Position numbers and translations under genes: made by a program. A stretch of DNA of 64,000 bases from Nitrospirota bacterium. GTDB taxonomy: Bacteria > Nitrospirota > UBA9217. Position 1 is the first letter of the stretch, and every line of letters begins with the position of its first letter. The notes beneath the pieces are model-generated. The model was not told the origin of the DNA. It ran no database searches and saw only the letters and a program-made list of their open reading frames with translations. The stretch is from NCBI GenBank assembly GCA_046704425.1, contig JBJKRX010000158.1:7354-71353 (forward strand), written 5' to 3'. Below are positions 9,504 through 19,820 of this stretch, piece after piece.

Positions 9504-10559
9504 GTGGTGCCTAAAGTATCTGTTGTTATGGCCGTATACAATGGTCAAGCTTATCTTCGTGAAACTGTAGAAAGCATTCTTAATCAGACATTACGGGATT
9601 TTGAGTTTGTAATCATTGACGACGGCTCGACAGATGAGAGCGCAGAGATTTTATTTTCATATGACGACGATAGAATCGTCTATGAACGTAATCGGTCGAC
9701 ATGCGGCCAGGGAAATGCCCTGAACAGGGGAATCGCCCTATCCAGGGGACAATACATTGCCCTAACTGATTGCGATGATGTTAGCTTGCCGCGGCGTTTG
9801 GAAAAACAAGTAAAATTTATGGAGAAAAGGACTGAAATCGGTATTTGCGGTACGTGGATGAAAACAATCGGTGAGAAGGCAGGAGAAATTTGGCGTCCTC
9901 CTGCTGAGCACGCTGTCATTGCAGCAACTATGTTGCTTGAGAACAGCTTATCCCATTCATCGCTCATGCTACGAAGAGAGACAATTGAGAGGGAACACCT
10001 TTTTTATGATCCTCTCTATAGAAGGGTACATGATTACGAGTTGTGGACTCGTGCGGCATTAGTAACAGTTCTGGCCAATATCCAAGAAGTTTTAGTTTTG
10101 TACAGGAATCACAGCGGTCAGCAGTCTCTCCAAGGGCAATACGAGAGGAGGTTGTTCCTTGGTTCTATTCTCTTGAACCAGCTTTCTGGTCTAGGGATAT
10201 TTCCTGAGGAAGAAGAGTTTGAACTACATCAACTTTTGTGTAATGCCATACCCACGCTTGAGAGTCCCTTTATCAATAAAACAGAGGCATGGCTGAAAAA
10301 ACTTGATGCAGCTAATCACGAGGTGGGCATATATAGGCCGAAGGCGTTATCGCATGTCCTTGCCTGTAAATGGTATCATATCTGCTTCGCTACTCCGAAC
10401 CGCAGCTTAAGAAAGTTGCTAAAGTCTTCTCTCTTTCAACAGATAAGTGTCATCGGTCGCTTGAGCTATATAGTCAAATGGATCCTTATTAGCTTGGCGG
10501 GGGATGAAACTATTAAAAAGATTCGGAGAGCTGCCTTTTTTCGCTTCTTTTCAAAGTGA
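9504..10559 (+). CDS. glycosyltransferase family 2
   Basis: VSVVMAVYNGQAYLRETVESILNQT ... FVIIDDGSTDES is a GT2 signature. GTG start. Confidence 0.75.
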   Translation: MVPKVSVVMAVYNGQAYLRETVESILNQTLRDFEFVIIDDGSTDESAEILFSYDDDRIVYERNRSTCGQGNALNRGIALSRGQYIALTDCDDVSLPRRLEKQVKFMEKRTEIGICGTWMKTIGEKAGEIWRPPAEHAVIAATMLLENSLSHSSLMLRRETIEREHLFYDPLYRRVHDYELWTRAALVTVLANIQEVLVLYRNHSGQQSLQGQYERRLFLGSILLNQLSGLGIFPEEEEFELHQLLCNAIPTLESPFINKTEAWLKKLDAANHEVGIYRPKALSHVLACKWYHICFATPNRSLRKLLKSSLFQQISVIGRLSYIVKWILISLAGDETIKKIRRAAFFRFFSK

Positions 10560-10648
10560 GACCGCAGTGAATTAAGTTTCTTTGTGTAGAACACGATTTT
10601 CGGCTCTTCGAATAGAAATATTTTTTCGAATACAAGGATGATGAAATT

Positions 10649-11587
10649 ATGCCAAAAGTAAGCGTCATTATACCTTGTTACAATCACGGCCGATATATTC
10701 ATGAGGCCGTTAATTCAGTCCTGAATCAGACATATCATGATTTTGAAATAATAATTGTTGATGATGGATCTACTGAAGAATCTACGGTTACCATTCTAAA
10801 AAAATTAACGAAACCGAAGACGCGAGTCATCCATACATCGAATCAGGGCCTTGCGGCTGCTCGAAACAATGGCATAAGCAAATCCGTAGGGGAATACATT
10901 CTTCCGCTTGATGCCGATGATAAAATCGAGCCCGACTATCTGAGAAAAGCTTCTGAATTGCTCGATCGTGATCAGGAACTTGGCATTGTCTATTGTCAGG
11001 CAGAATTTTTTGGTCAGAGAAAAGGGCTGTTTTATCTCAATGAATTCAGCATCAAGAACATGCTGCTAGACAGCAGAATTTTCTGTTCTGCTCTTTTCCG
11101 CCGTGAGGATTGGGTTAGGACCGGTGGATATAATCCGAACATGATTCACGGCTGGGAGGATTGGGATTTCTGGTTGTCGATCATTGAGAAAAATCGAAAG
11201 GTTTTCATGATACCTGAAGTACTTTTTAAGTGTCGCGTAAGGCCGAATTCCATGATCAGATCCATGACACTTGATCAAAAAATCGATATGCATGCTCAGT
11301 TGTTCAGGAATCATCAGGATTTTTTCATTCAGAATATAAGAGTTATATTTGAAGATTATTATGATCTAAAAAGAACGCGATGTTCGAGATGGTTAATGCT
11401 CAAAAAACAAGTCGTTTACAGTGTGCGGAACCGTGCGAATCGAGTATTTCACATGTACGCTTTAGCTCTTAAAAAAAATTGCATTGGAACTGCACGTTTT
11501 ATCTACGCAAAACTTCCTTATAGATTTCGTCTGATGCTGACGAAATCACTCAATAATCTCTTGTTGTCGATATGCACAAGAAGATAA
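10649..11587 (+). CDS. glycosyltransferase family 2
   Basis: VSVIIPCYNHGRYIHEAVNSVLNQT ... IIIVDDGSTEES is a GT2 signature. Confidence 0.8.
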   Translation: MPKVSVIIPCYNHGRYIHEAVNSVLNQTYHDFEIIIVDDGSTEESTVTILKKLTKPKTRVIHTSNQGLAAARNNGISKSVGEYILPLDADDKIEPDYLRKASELLDRDQELGIVYCQAEFFGQRKGLFYLNEFSIKNMLLDSRIFCSALFRREDWVRTGGYNPNMIHGWEDWDFWLSIIEKNRKVFMIPEVLFKCRVRPNSMIRSMTLDQKIDMHAQLFRNHQDFFIQNIRVIFEDYYDLKRTRCSRWLMLKKQVVYSVRNRANRVFHMYALALKKNCIGTARFIYAKLPYRFRLMLTKSLNNLLLSICTRR

Positions 11588-12714
11588 AACTGCTTTACAC
11601 TACTTGCTATCTCGATGTGAGCGGTGTCACCAAGCTTAATTTTGATATTCTTAATTTTCTCAAAGCTGATTTCGACATCCACATATTAACCACAAATCGA
11701 GACGATTTTTTAATAGTAAGTTTAGATGGCCCTTTTGCCAGCGCCTTCAGAAAGCCAGTCAAACTTTATACTATCGGTAAGGATGCCAGGTTCTCCTTTT
11801 TCGTGAAGCATCTTGAAGACAATGAAATCGATATAATTTTTAATACTCATTCGCTTTGGATTTATGAGCATATCGCAAAAATTAAGAAACTTTTTCCCCG
11901 CATCAGGATTGTGGATTCGCTCCATGTTTTAGAACCCTATTTTCTGAGAGGCGGCTTCCCGGATATAAGCGCAAATAAGTATATACATAAATTTATAGAC
12001 TTGAGCATCTTGATTTCGGACGATCTCAAGAAATACTTAATCGAAAATTATTCTGTTCGTTCCGAAAAATTGGTTATTATTCGAAACGGCATAGATGCTC
12101 GCTATTATAAGAACGATAAACTGAAGAACCTATTCAAAGCCGAACTTAATCTGAGAGCAGAAGATAAACTTATCGGTTATATCGGACGCTTGTCAATGCA
12201 GAAACGGCCCGAAATTTTTGTCGAAATAGCTAAAAAGCTTGTCGGGGGGAGAGATGACCTTTTTTTCTATATGATCGGATCTGGCCCCTTGGAAAAGAAA
12301 ATACTTAAGGACATTAGTCAAAGCGGGTTACAAAACCGATTTTTTCTATTCCAGAAGAGATCTGACCTTGATAAGGTTTACAATTCTACAGACCTTCTTA
12401 TAGCTCCTTCAGCATATGAAGGGGCGCCTTTGGTAATTCTCGAAGCTCTTGCAAGCGAAGTCCCTGTCATCGCTTCTGATGTAGGGGCAATTAATGAATA
12501 CGTTCCTCAAATGTGCCATTTAATTAAAATTGATTTTATGGAAAAAAGAAATATTGTTCGCCAAGCAATAAAAGTAATTAACGAAAAAGAAAATATATCC
12601 TATAAGGCAAAGTTTGTAAGGGATAACTATAGTATTGATAAGGTTGGTAGCCGGTATAAAGAAGCTTTATTAAAATGTATTCGTAACAGTGGCGATGATG
12701 GTAAATGCGAATGA
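11572..12714 (+). CDS. glycosyltransferase family 4 (GT-B)
   Basis: C-terminal EGAPLVILEALASEVPVIASDVGAINEYV matches the GT4 E-X7-E region. Confidence 0.75.
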   Translation: MHKKIKLLYTTCYLDVSGVTKLNFDILNFLKADFDIHILTTNRDDFLIVSLDGPFASAFRKPVKLYTIGKDARFSFFVKHLEDNEIDIIFNTHSLWIYEHIAKIKKLFPRIRIVDSLHVLEPYFLRGGFPDISANKYIHKFIDLSILISDDLKKYLIENYSVRSEKLVIIRNGIDARYYKNDKLKNLFKAELNLRAEDKLIGYIGRLSMQKRPEIFVEIAKKLVGGRDDLFFYMIGSGPLEKKILKDISQSGLQNRFFLFQKRSDLDKVYNSTDLLIAPSAYEGAPLVILEALASEVPVIASDVGAINEYVPQMCHLIKIDFMEKRNIVRQAIKVINEKENISYKAKFVRDNYSIDKVGSRYKEALLKCIRNSGDDGKCE

Positions 12715-12780
12715 AGCGTTTCCTTAAAAGGAAGAAGATTCAAATTTTTTTTCAAGAAGCGAAAAAATAAGGATCACCGT

Positions 12781-14196
12781 ATGCGCAAGCCATTCGTTAC
12801 GATTGTAATCGTAAACTGGAATAAGAAAGAGGATGTAATCCATTTGCTTGATTCGCTGTCTACTTTGGAGTACGCAGAGAGGCGGATCGTTGTCGTTGAC
12901 AATGCATCTGAAGATGGTTCGGCTGTCGCTATTCGGTCTCATCCTCTCCGGGTAACTCTGATAAAGAACAAAAGCAATTTAGGCGGTACCGGCGGGTTTA
13001 ATACAGGCGTTCGATATGCGCTAACGCATTGGCAGCAAAAATACATTTGGCTTCTTGATAACGACGCAGAAGTTACCTCTCGTACTCTCGTTAATATGGT
13101 CAATGTAATGGAATCAGACGCTTCCATTGGCATCACCGGCTCCTGTATTCTCAGCGTTGACGACCGCTCTCTGATCCTTGAAGCGGGCGGACTGGTAGAT
13201 GAGCGAAGTGCGACATGGAAACCCAATCTGCGGTATCGGCCATTGGCTGAAATCAATCAATCCTCGTTAATCGAATGTGATTATGTTCCTGCTTGTTCGG
13301 CATTGGTCCGTACAGAAATATATGATGCCGCCGGAGTGATGGACGAAAGATACTTTCTCCACTGGGACGATGTTGATTTTGGAAAAGCGGTTAGGAAAAT
13401 AGGATACAGAGTTGTTGCAGCGCCTAACTCTATTGTATATCACGGGACCGAGAAAGGGTATAATCCTACAATACTCTATTATGATGTTCGGAATTCACTG
13501 CTCTACACGGCCAAACATCTCTCATTTGTCGAGCGTATCGGACCGGTATCCCGAGTATGCCTAAGGGCCAGCCTTGCTGCGGTTCTTTGTTGGACATTCG
13601 GTTCAGTGAGCGCCTCGTGGCATCTATTTCGCGCACTTGAGAATTTTACATCATGCTCCTTTGGGAAGGCGCCCATCATGCCTGAAACTGACTCCATCGC
13701 CCCTAAGCCGTCGCCGGTTTCTTTAGAGACCGCCCTTCATGGTGCCAGACATATCGTGCTATTTGCGCTCGGCTCCTACGCGGGTGTGCGGGAGCTTGCG
13801 CGCGAGATCCGTTCCCGTGTCCCCGGCGCTGTCCTCACTTTGGCCGGCCCGTTGAATAAGATAAACGTTCATCGTTCCTTGAAAGAGATCGATAACTTAC
13901 TAGGGTTTGATCTTGCCGGAGGAGGCATCACGGACTTTATATCAGTTGCAGCAAGAATCGCGGCGTTTAGGTTCGATACAGCCTTCAGTAGCGGCGAATC
14001 GTTTATCATGCCGTACGGTTTTTTTGTCAAGAGCCATTATATCATTGATCATTCCGGCAAAATCTATGAATCTCCAGTCCGTCTTCGCTCCCTCTGGAAA
14101 TTGCCCTTTGTCGTCATAGCCGGTGTGGCATTTGCCATTCCTACTCTGATTAAGTGCTTAGCTATGAGCAGAAAGATTAATCCTGATCGTGTATGA
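12781..14196 (+). CDS. glycosyltransferase family 2 with C-terminal extension
   Basis: VTIVIVNWNKKEDVIHLLDSL ... VVVDNASEDGS is a rhamnosyltransferase-like GT2 signature. About 170 aa extra at the C-terminus. Confidence 0.75.
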   Translation: MRKPFVTIVIVNWNKKEDVIHLLDSLSTLEYAERRIVVVDNASEDGSAVAIRSHPLRVTLIKNKSNLGGTGGFNTGVRYALTHWQQKYIWLLDNDAEVTSRTLVNMVNVMESDASIGITGSCILSVDDRSLILEAGGLVDERSATWKPNLRYRPLAEINQSSLIECDYVPACSALVRTEIYDAAGVMDERYFLHWDDVDFGKAVRKIGYRVVAAPNSIVYHGTEKGYNPTILYYDVRNSLLYTAKHLSFVERIGPVSRVCLRASLAAVLCWTFGSVSASWHLFRALENFTSCSFGKAPIMPETDSIAPKPSPVSLETALHGARHIVLFALGSYAGVRELAREIRSRVPGAVLTLAGPLNKINVHRSLKEIDNLLGFDLAGGGITDFISVAARIAAFRFDTAFSSGESFIMPYGFFVKSHYIIDHSGKIYESPVRLRSLWKLPFVVIAGVAFAIPTLIKCLAMSRKINPDRV

Positions 14197-15188
14197 ACAA
14201 AATCACTCTTTCAGAATTATCTTACTACCTGCGCGTCCCCGCCTCGACATTGCGGAGATTTCTTCAAGAAGAACGCTTAGGGCATCTGCTCAAGGGCGAC
14301 CGCGCGTCTTACGAAGACGTACCTGAAATACTTGCTCGGTATTCCTCCTTCTACGGATTCCAGAATCAAAAGTGGGAAATTCCGGAATGGCTCTCAGGGA
14401 ATTCCGAAAGATGGGCGCAGGTGCTCATCGAGATGTATCAGGAGCCAGTCTCCTACCCCGCCTCGGTCGCTCCGGCTCAGGGCCGGCAAATCCACGATTT
14501 GATTCTTGCTCATCAACCGATCAATGTCGTGGAGATAGGATGTTTTATCGGCATTTCCAGCGTCTGGATCGGTTCTGCTCTGGAAAAGTCAGGGAAAGGC
14601 ACTCTTTGTTCTGTTGATTTGTTCCAGGAAAAGGTCCCGGTAGTACCTTTTCACCGCGGATTTCTCGGCAATCCTATTAAATACGCCATGGAGAAAGTCG
14701 AGGAGGCTGGTCTTGACAACCGGGTTCGATTTGTAAAAATGGAATCGGGAAGTTTTGCGGCCGCCCGTTCCCATGTCGCTGATCGCATGATTGATTTTCT
14801 TTTTCTTGACGGAGACCATACCATTCCTGGTTGCATCGATGATTTTGTTGCCTATTACCCGCTTATCCCCGAAGGGGGATACATTCTCCTGCATGACACT
14901 AATCCCGAACACTGCGGATGGAGCGGACCAAGATATCTCATCAACACGGTGTTCAACGACTCCTCGGCGTTCGACGTCCTGGAGATTCCGACAGAGCCTA
15001 ATTACGGTATGGTATTGATCAGAAAACGAACGCAGAAGAGTATCGAGAATCTCTTGGGAAGGCGTATCAGATTCGATCTGATGCGCGGATTTCAGCGGAT
15101 CAAATACAAAGCCGGTTTATCGATACTCTACCAAAGATACTTGAAGCCGGTACACATCCAAATCAAGCACCTGATCGGGAAATATTAA
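14193..15188 (+). CDS. class I SAM-dependent O-methyltransferase (family 3-like) with ~100-aa N-terminal extension
   Basis: VVEIGCFIGISSVWIGSAL (motif I) and IDFLFLDGDH resemble CCoAOMT/TylF-type O-methyltransferases. Confidence 0.55.
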   Translation: MNKITLSELSYYLRVPASTLRRFLQEERLGHLLKGDRASYEDVPEILARYSSFYGFQNQKWEIPEWLSGNSERWAQVLIEMYQEPVSYPASVAPAQGRQIHDLILAHQPINVVEIGCFIGISSVWIGSALEKSGKGTLCSVDLFQEKVPVVPFHRGFLGNPIKYAMEKVEEAGLDNRVRFVKMESGSFAAARSHVADRMIDFLFLDGDHTIPGCIDDFVAYYPLIPEGGYILLHDTNPEHCGWSGPRYLINTVFNDSSAFDVLEIPTEPNYGMVLIRKRTQKSIENLLGRRIRFDLMRGFQRIKYKAGLSILYQRYLKPVHIQIKHLIGKY

Positions 15189-15206
15189 CGAAAGGCTGTC
15201 TCTTGG

Positions 15207-16565
15207 ATGAATATTATCATTCTCGGTGCTGGTCCGACGGGGCTCGGTGCAGCCCATTCTCTCGATAAACTCGGACATTCCAACTGGACACTTTTCGAAC
15301 GCACCCGTTATATCGGCGGACTATCGACTTCCTTTTTCGATGAGCACGGTTTTACGTGGGACGTGGGAGGGCACGTTCTTTTTTCACACTATCCCTATTT
15401 TGATACTGCGGTTAAAGCAGCGCTTGGAAATTGCTACTATGAGCATCTGCGAGAAAGTTATATCCGCATTCTGAATACATGGGTACCGTATCCTTTCCAG
15501 AATAATATACGGCATCTTCCGCCATACGCTATGGAAGAATGTGTTCGTGGAATTCCTCAGAATGGCCGGGCCACAATCGCTCAAAATTACCAGGAATGGA
15601 TGGACGCCGTATTTGGTAGAGGCATCGTTAAATATTTTATGGGCCCGTATAACAAGAAAGTCTGGGCAGCCCCGCTTGAGACGATGAGCACGAAATGGGT
15701 CGGGGAACGGGTCAACCTAGTCGACGTGCAGAGAGTGAGAAGAAATATCGCCGAAGCAAAAGACGACATTACGTGGGGGCCGAACAACAAATTCAAATTC
15801 CCGGTATCAGGGGGGACAGGGGCCATTTTCAGAGGGATCGCGCGCCCTCTTGAGACTCGCATCGCGATGCAGCATGATCTTAAGGAAGCTGATCTCGAAA
15901 GGAAGGAGTTGGTATTTTCAAACGGGAACCGTTTTTGCTACGATGTTTTGATCACCACGATTCCTCTCGACCTTTTTGTCAGTAAATGTATTAAACTGCC
16001 CGGGGAAATCGGGAGTGCGGCGCATGTCCTCGTTCATAATGGAGGGTTAATCGTCGGCCTCGGTTTTTCCGGCAGGCGGATCGATTCGAAATGCTGGATG
16101 TATTTCCCGGAGGACAACTGTCCTTTCTACCGTGTAACAAATTTTCACAACTACTCTCCCTACAATGTCCCGAACGGCGATGTTGACAATTATTTTTCAC
16201 TCATGTGTGAGACCTCTTATTCCTTCTACAAGCCGGTCAATAAAGAAACCATCGTAGAGGATACGATCAGCGGATTGATTGCGTCAGGTATGATCACTGA
16301 GAAAGAGTCAAAGAGCATCATATCCCGATATCTTATCGACATTCCGTATTCTTATCCAGTTCCAACTCTGGGAAGGGATGCGGCACTCAATATTATTCAG
16401 CCTTTTCTTGAATCCTGTGACGTTTATTCCCGCGGCCGGTTCGGAGCGTGGAAATATGAGGTCGGCAACATGGACCACTCTTTTATGCAGGGAGTAGAGG
16501 TTGTCGATCGAATTCTCTTGGGAGAGCCAGAAATGACGGTTCATGGCAAGGTATTGAACAGGTGA
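15207..16565 (+). CDS. FAD/NAD(P)-binding oxidoreductase, UDP-galactopyranose-mutase / amine-oxidase-like
   Basis: N-terminal dinucleotide-binding motif IIILGAGPTGLGAA ... GGLSTSFFDEHGFTWDVGGHV. Embedded in a sugar cluster. Exact family uncertain. Confidence 0.5.
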   Translation: MNIIILGAGPTGLGAAHSLDKLGHSNWTLFERTRYIGGLSTSFFDEHGFTWDVGGHVLFSHYPYFDTAVKAALGNCYYEHLRESYIRILNTWVPYPFQNNIRHLPPYAMEECVRGIPQNGRATIAQNYQEWMDAVFGRGIVKYFMGPYNKKVWAAPLETMSTKWVGERVNLVDVQRVRRNIAEAKDDITWGPNNKFKFPVSGGTGAIFRGIARPLETRIAMQHDLKEADLERKELVFSNGNRFCYDVLITTIPLDLFVSKCIKLPGEIGSAAHVLVHNGGLIVGLGFSGRRIDSKCWMYFPEDNCPFYRVTNFHNYSPYNVPNGDVDNYFSLMCETSYSFYKPVNKETIVEDTISGLIASGMITEKESKSIISRYLIDIPYSYPVPTLGRDAALNIIQPFLESCDVYSRGRFGAWKYEVGNMDHSFMQGVEVVDRILLGEPEMTVHGKVLNR

Positions 16566-17635
16566 AGATCAAGCTTCTTAAGGCCATTGACCGTTTTGCG
16601 GGTGTTCCGGCAACGTGGTTACTTGCTTCCCCGGTAAGGAAATTTATTAAGTCTCCTGAAACGATTCTTATGATTCGCCCTGGCGGTATAGGCGACGTCA
16701 TGCTGCTGATGCCCGCAATCAATTTATTAAAAAAAAAATACCCCGATTGTTCAATCGATATTCTTGCTGAAAGAAGAAACGGCTCGATCCTATCGCTTAA
16801 TTCCGCGATCCGTAAAGTTCTGCATTACGACAATCCAAAAGAACTCCTCTCGATTTATTGTGAGTCTTATGATGCCGTTATCGACACGGAACAGTGGCAT
16901 AGATTGTCAGCGGTCATAGCCAGACTGGTGAAAGCCAAAATCTGGATTGGTTATGGAACGAATGAACGGGTTAAACTTTTTACCGATCCGCAGCCTTATT
17001 CACACGATGATTATGAAGTAAATAGTTTTATTAAACTTCTGGCACCGTTGGTAGATTCAGTTGCCGAACCCGAGATTCCATTCCTCACAATCGCAGCCAA
17101 TCTGGCCGACAAGGCCAAAACCCTTCTTTCTTGGTTCTCAAACCGGCCGGTAATCGCGATCTTTCCGGGCAGCAGTATCAAAGAGAGAAAATGGGGCCAT
17201 GACAGATTTCACCAAACAGCCAAGCTTCTTTCCGAAAAAGGCTACGGAATCGCAGTCGTGGGGGGCAAAGGAGATATCAGGGCAGGGGAAGAAATAATCC
17301 AGGGATTACCGAACAGCATCAATTATTCTGGAAAACTATCTTTACCAGAAACCGCTGCCGTTTTGAATGAATGCAGCTTGCTCATCACCGGAGATTCCGG
17401 CATCATGCATGTTGGTTATGGGCTCGGGATCAAGATCGTAGCCCTTTTCGGGCCGGGCAGGGAGAAGAAGTGGGCGCCGCGAGGAAATCACTGTATCATC
17501 ATCAACAAACACCTGCCTTGCAGCCCCTGCACGACATATGGCTATACGCCGAGATGTAAAATTGGCGCCGTCTGCATGAAGCAGATTACGGTCGAAGAGG
17601 TCTTCAGCGCGGCGATGCAATTGCTGACGAGATGA
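16562..17635 (+). CDS. glycosyltransferase family 9 (heptosyltransferase-like)
   Basis: IRPGGIGDVMLLMPAINLLKKKYPD is a GT9 hallmark. Last gene of the low-GC island. Confidence 0.75.
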   Translation: MKIKLLKAIDRFAGVPATWLLASPVRKFIKSPETILMIRPGGIGDVMLLMPAINLLKKKYPDCSIDILAERRNGSILSLNSAIRKVLHYDNPKELLSIYCESYDAVIDTEQWHRLSAVIARLVKAKIWIGYGTNERVKLFTDPQPYSHDDYEVNSFIKLLAPLVDSVAEPEIPFLTIAANLADKAKTLLSWFSNRPVIAIFPGSSIKERKWGHDRFHQTAKLLSEKGYGIAVVGGKGDIRAGEEIIQGLPNSINYSGKLSLPETAAVLNECSLLITGDSGIMHVGYGLGIKIVALFGPGREKKWAPRGNHCIIINKHLPCSPCTTYGYTPRCKIGAVCMKQITVEEVFSAAMQLLTR

Positions 17636-17684
17636 AGATGAAGTAGTCTGTACACAGCTGGTCGTCGGCTACGAGCACCGGAAA

Positions 17685-19685
17685 CTATGGCGCCTCATCT
17701 GGTTCTTCCGGCTCCTCAAGCTGCGGCGAGGAGCCCTGGCAGTAGGTCCTCGGTTCGGTCCCCGGCAGGTAGGCCTCGCGGATCGCGGGTCCGCAGGTCT
17801 CTGATGCGAGCAGGCCTGTACGCCTGTCGATGTCCCGGAAGATGACCCCCTGTGGCACGGAGAAATCCTTAGGGGTGGTCCCGGCCAAAGCTTTTTTCGC
17901 GAAATCGAGCCAGATGGGAAGTGCGGCACGCGCTCCGGTCTGGCGCGGGCCGATCGATGTGCTGTCGTCGTATCCTACCCAAACGCCGGTAACGAGATTC
18001 GGTGTATATCCGATGAACCATGCGTCATGGTAGTCGTTGGTGGTGCCGGTTTTCCCCGCTGCCGGCCTGCCGAGCGACCGAGCCTCCCATCCCGTTCCCC
18101 GTTCGATCGCTCCTTCCAGGAGATAGGTGATTAGATAGGCGGTCTCGGGTTTCATCACCACTTGGGGAATGGCGTCATCCCGGTACACGACGACCCCGTT
18201 CCTGTCCGCAACCGTGATGATGGAGGCGGGACCGAGTTTGAGACCGTGGTCGGCGAAGACCGCATAGGCGGATGTCAGCTCGGACAATGAAACCACGGAA
18301 CTGCCGAGTGCGAGCGACAGGTAGGGGCTGAGGGGGCTTGTGATTCCGATCCGTCTGGCAAATGTGATGACGGAGTCGATCCCGATCCGCTCGAGCAGTC
18401 TGACCGTCGGGATGTTCAACGACTGCTCGAGCGCCTGCCGCATCGTCACCGGACCGAGGTAGGTCCGCGTAAAGTTCATGGGGCGCCAGACCGTATCATG
18501 GTCCGTTTTGACGACCAAGGGGGAATCGTCAAACAGCTCGGACGCGCCGATGCCGTGTGCGAGCGCGTCCGCATAGATGATCGGTTTGAAGGCGGATCCC
18601 GGCTGTCGCATTGCCTGGCAGGCGCGGTTGAACTGGCTGCTTGCGAAGTCACGGCCGCCGACCATTGCGCGGATCAGGCCTGAGGATGGTTCGATGGCAA
18701 TGAGCGCGGCTTGGAGCGGCGCTGCATGTTTGTGCCTGGTCCGCTTTTCGATTCGCTCCAAACCGGAAGCGATTGCCTCCTCGGCGTAGGTCTGCAGGCG
18801 GGGATCGAGGCTCGTCGTGATGCGGAGGCCTCCGGAATAGAGAATCCCCGAGCCGAATCGGTCCTCCACCCGCTGCCGCACGTATTCGACGAAATAGGGG
18901 GCCTTTTCCGCCTGCGCGGGAGGCGGAGTGGTCGGGAGCGGCTCCTGCTTTGCAGCAGCAGCTGCTGCGGATGAGATAAACCCGTCGGCGACCATCCGGT
19001 TCAGGACATAGGATCGCCTTCGCTTCGCGCCGACCAAAGACTTGAACGGCGAGTAGTATCGCGGGGAGCGCGGAAGACCCGCAAGGAGTGCACACTCGGC
19101 GAGGTCCAGCTGCTTGACCGACTTGCCGAAATAGATGCGTGACGCCGCTTCGATACCGTAGGCGCCGCTGCCGAAGTAGATCTGGTTCAGGTAGAATGAG
19201 AGGATCTCGCGTTTTGTATAGTGCTGCTCGATCCGGAGGGCAAGCGCCATTTCCTTGAGCTTGCGGGTATAGCTTCGCTCCGGGGTCAGGAACAGGACCT
19301 TGGCGAGCTGTTGCGTCAACGTGCTGCCGCCCTCCAGCACTTTTCCTGCACGGATGTTGCGGAGCATCGCGCGCGCCATACCGCGAAAGTCGATCCCGTG
19401 GTGGCTGTAGAAGTGCGCGTCCTCTGCGGCGATAAGGGCGTTGATCATCTCCTGCGGGACCTCCGCCAGCGGGACCGGGCTCCGGTTCTCAATATAGAAC
19501 CGGGCCAGTTCCGTCCCATCGGCGGCATACATGCGGCTCGTTACACTCGGCCGGTATTCTTCGAGTTGCTCCACCTGCGGGAGGTCACCGAAATAGAAAA
19601 CCGCATACCCCGCCGCTCCGCCGAAGAGCGCGGCAGCCAATGCCAGTGCCAGAAAGAACAAACCGGACGATTCCCGTTCCCGCAT
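17685..19685 (-). CDS. mrcA: penicillin-binding protein 1A (class A PBP, transglycosylase/transpeptidase)
   Basis: Signal-anchor, GT51 motifs (EDAHFYSHHGID, RKxxE) and transpeptidase SxxK/SxN/KTG-like motifs. 666 aa. Confidence 0.9.
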   Translation of the reverse strand: MRERESSGLFFLALALAAALFGGAAGYAVFYFGDLPQVEQLEEYRPSVTSRMYAADGTELARFYIENRSPVPLAEVPQEMINALIAAEDAHFYSHHGIDFRGMARAMLRNIRAGKVLEGGSTLTQQLAKVLFLTPERSYTRKLKEMALALRIEQHYTKREILSFYLNQIYFGSGAYGIEAASRIYFGKSVKQLDLAECALLAGLPRSPRYYSPFKSLVGAKRRRSYVLNRMVADGFISSAAAAAAKQEPLPTTPPPAQAEKAPYFVEYVRQRVEDRFGSGILYSGGLRITTSLDPRLQTYAEEAIASGLERIEKRTRHKHAAPLQAALIAIEPSSGLIRAMVGGRDFASSQFNRACQAMRQPGSAFKPIIYADALAHGIGASELFDDSPLVVKTDHDTVWRPMNFTRTYLGPVTMRQALEQSLNIPTVRLLERIGIDSVITFARRIGITSPLSPYLSLALGSSVVSLSELTSAYAVFADHGLKLGPASIITVADRNGVVVYRDDAIPQVVMKPETAYLITYLLEGAIERGTGWEARSLGRPAAGKTGTTNDYHDAWFIGYTPNLVTGVWVGYDDSTSIGPRQTGARAALPIWLDFAKKALAGTTPKDFSVPQGVIFRDIDRRTGLLASETCGPAIREAYLPGTEPRTYCQGSSPQLEEPEEPDEAP

Positions 19686-19820
19686 GCGCCATTATACCCC
19701 GGAGTAGGGAAATTGCAACGCGAAGTGGAGGCTGGACGTGCCGTATGCTTGAGTTTTCGCGATTGCGATGGTACAATTCTTTACCGTCAGTTGAGCTGGA
19801 AAGGAGCGTCGATACACGAT

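Noticed and set aside
19221-19820. N-terminal 200 codons of the 372-aa ORF ending at 20339
   Set aside because: Overlaps the PBP1A gene on the opposite strand and has no family signal. Only the CobO domain from ATG 19821 is supported.
19686-19820. Possible cobalamin riboswitch upstream of cobO
   Set aside because: Region is only ~135 nt and lacks a recognisable B12 box.
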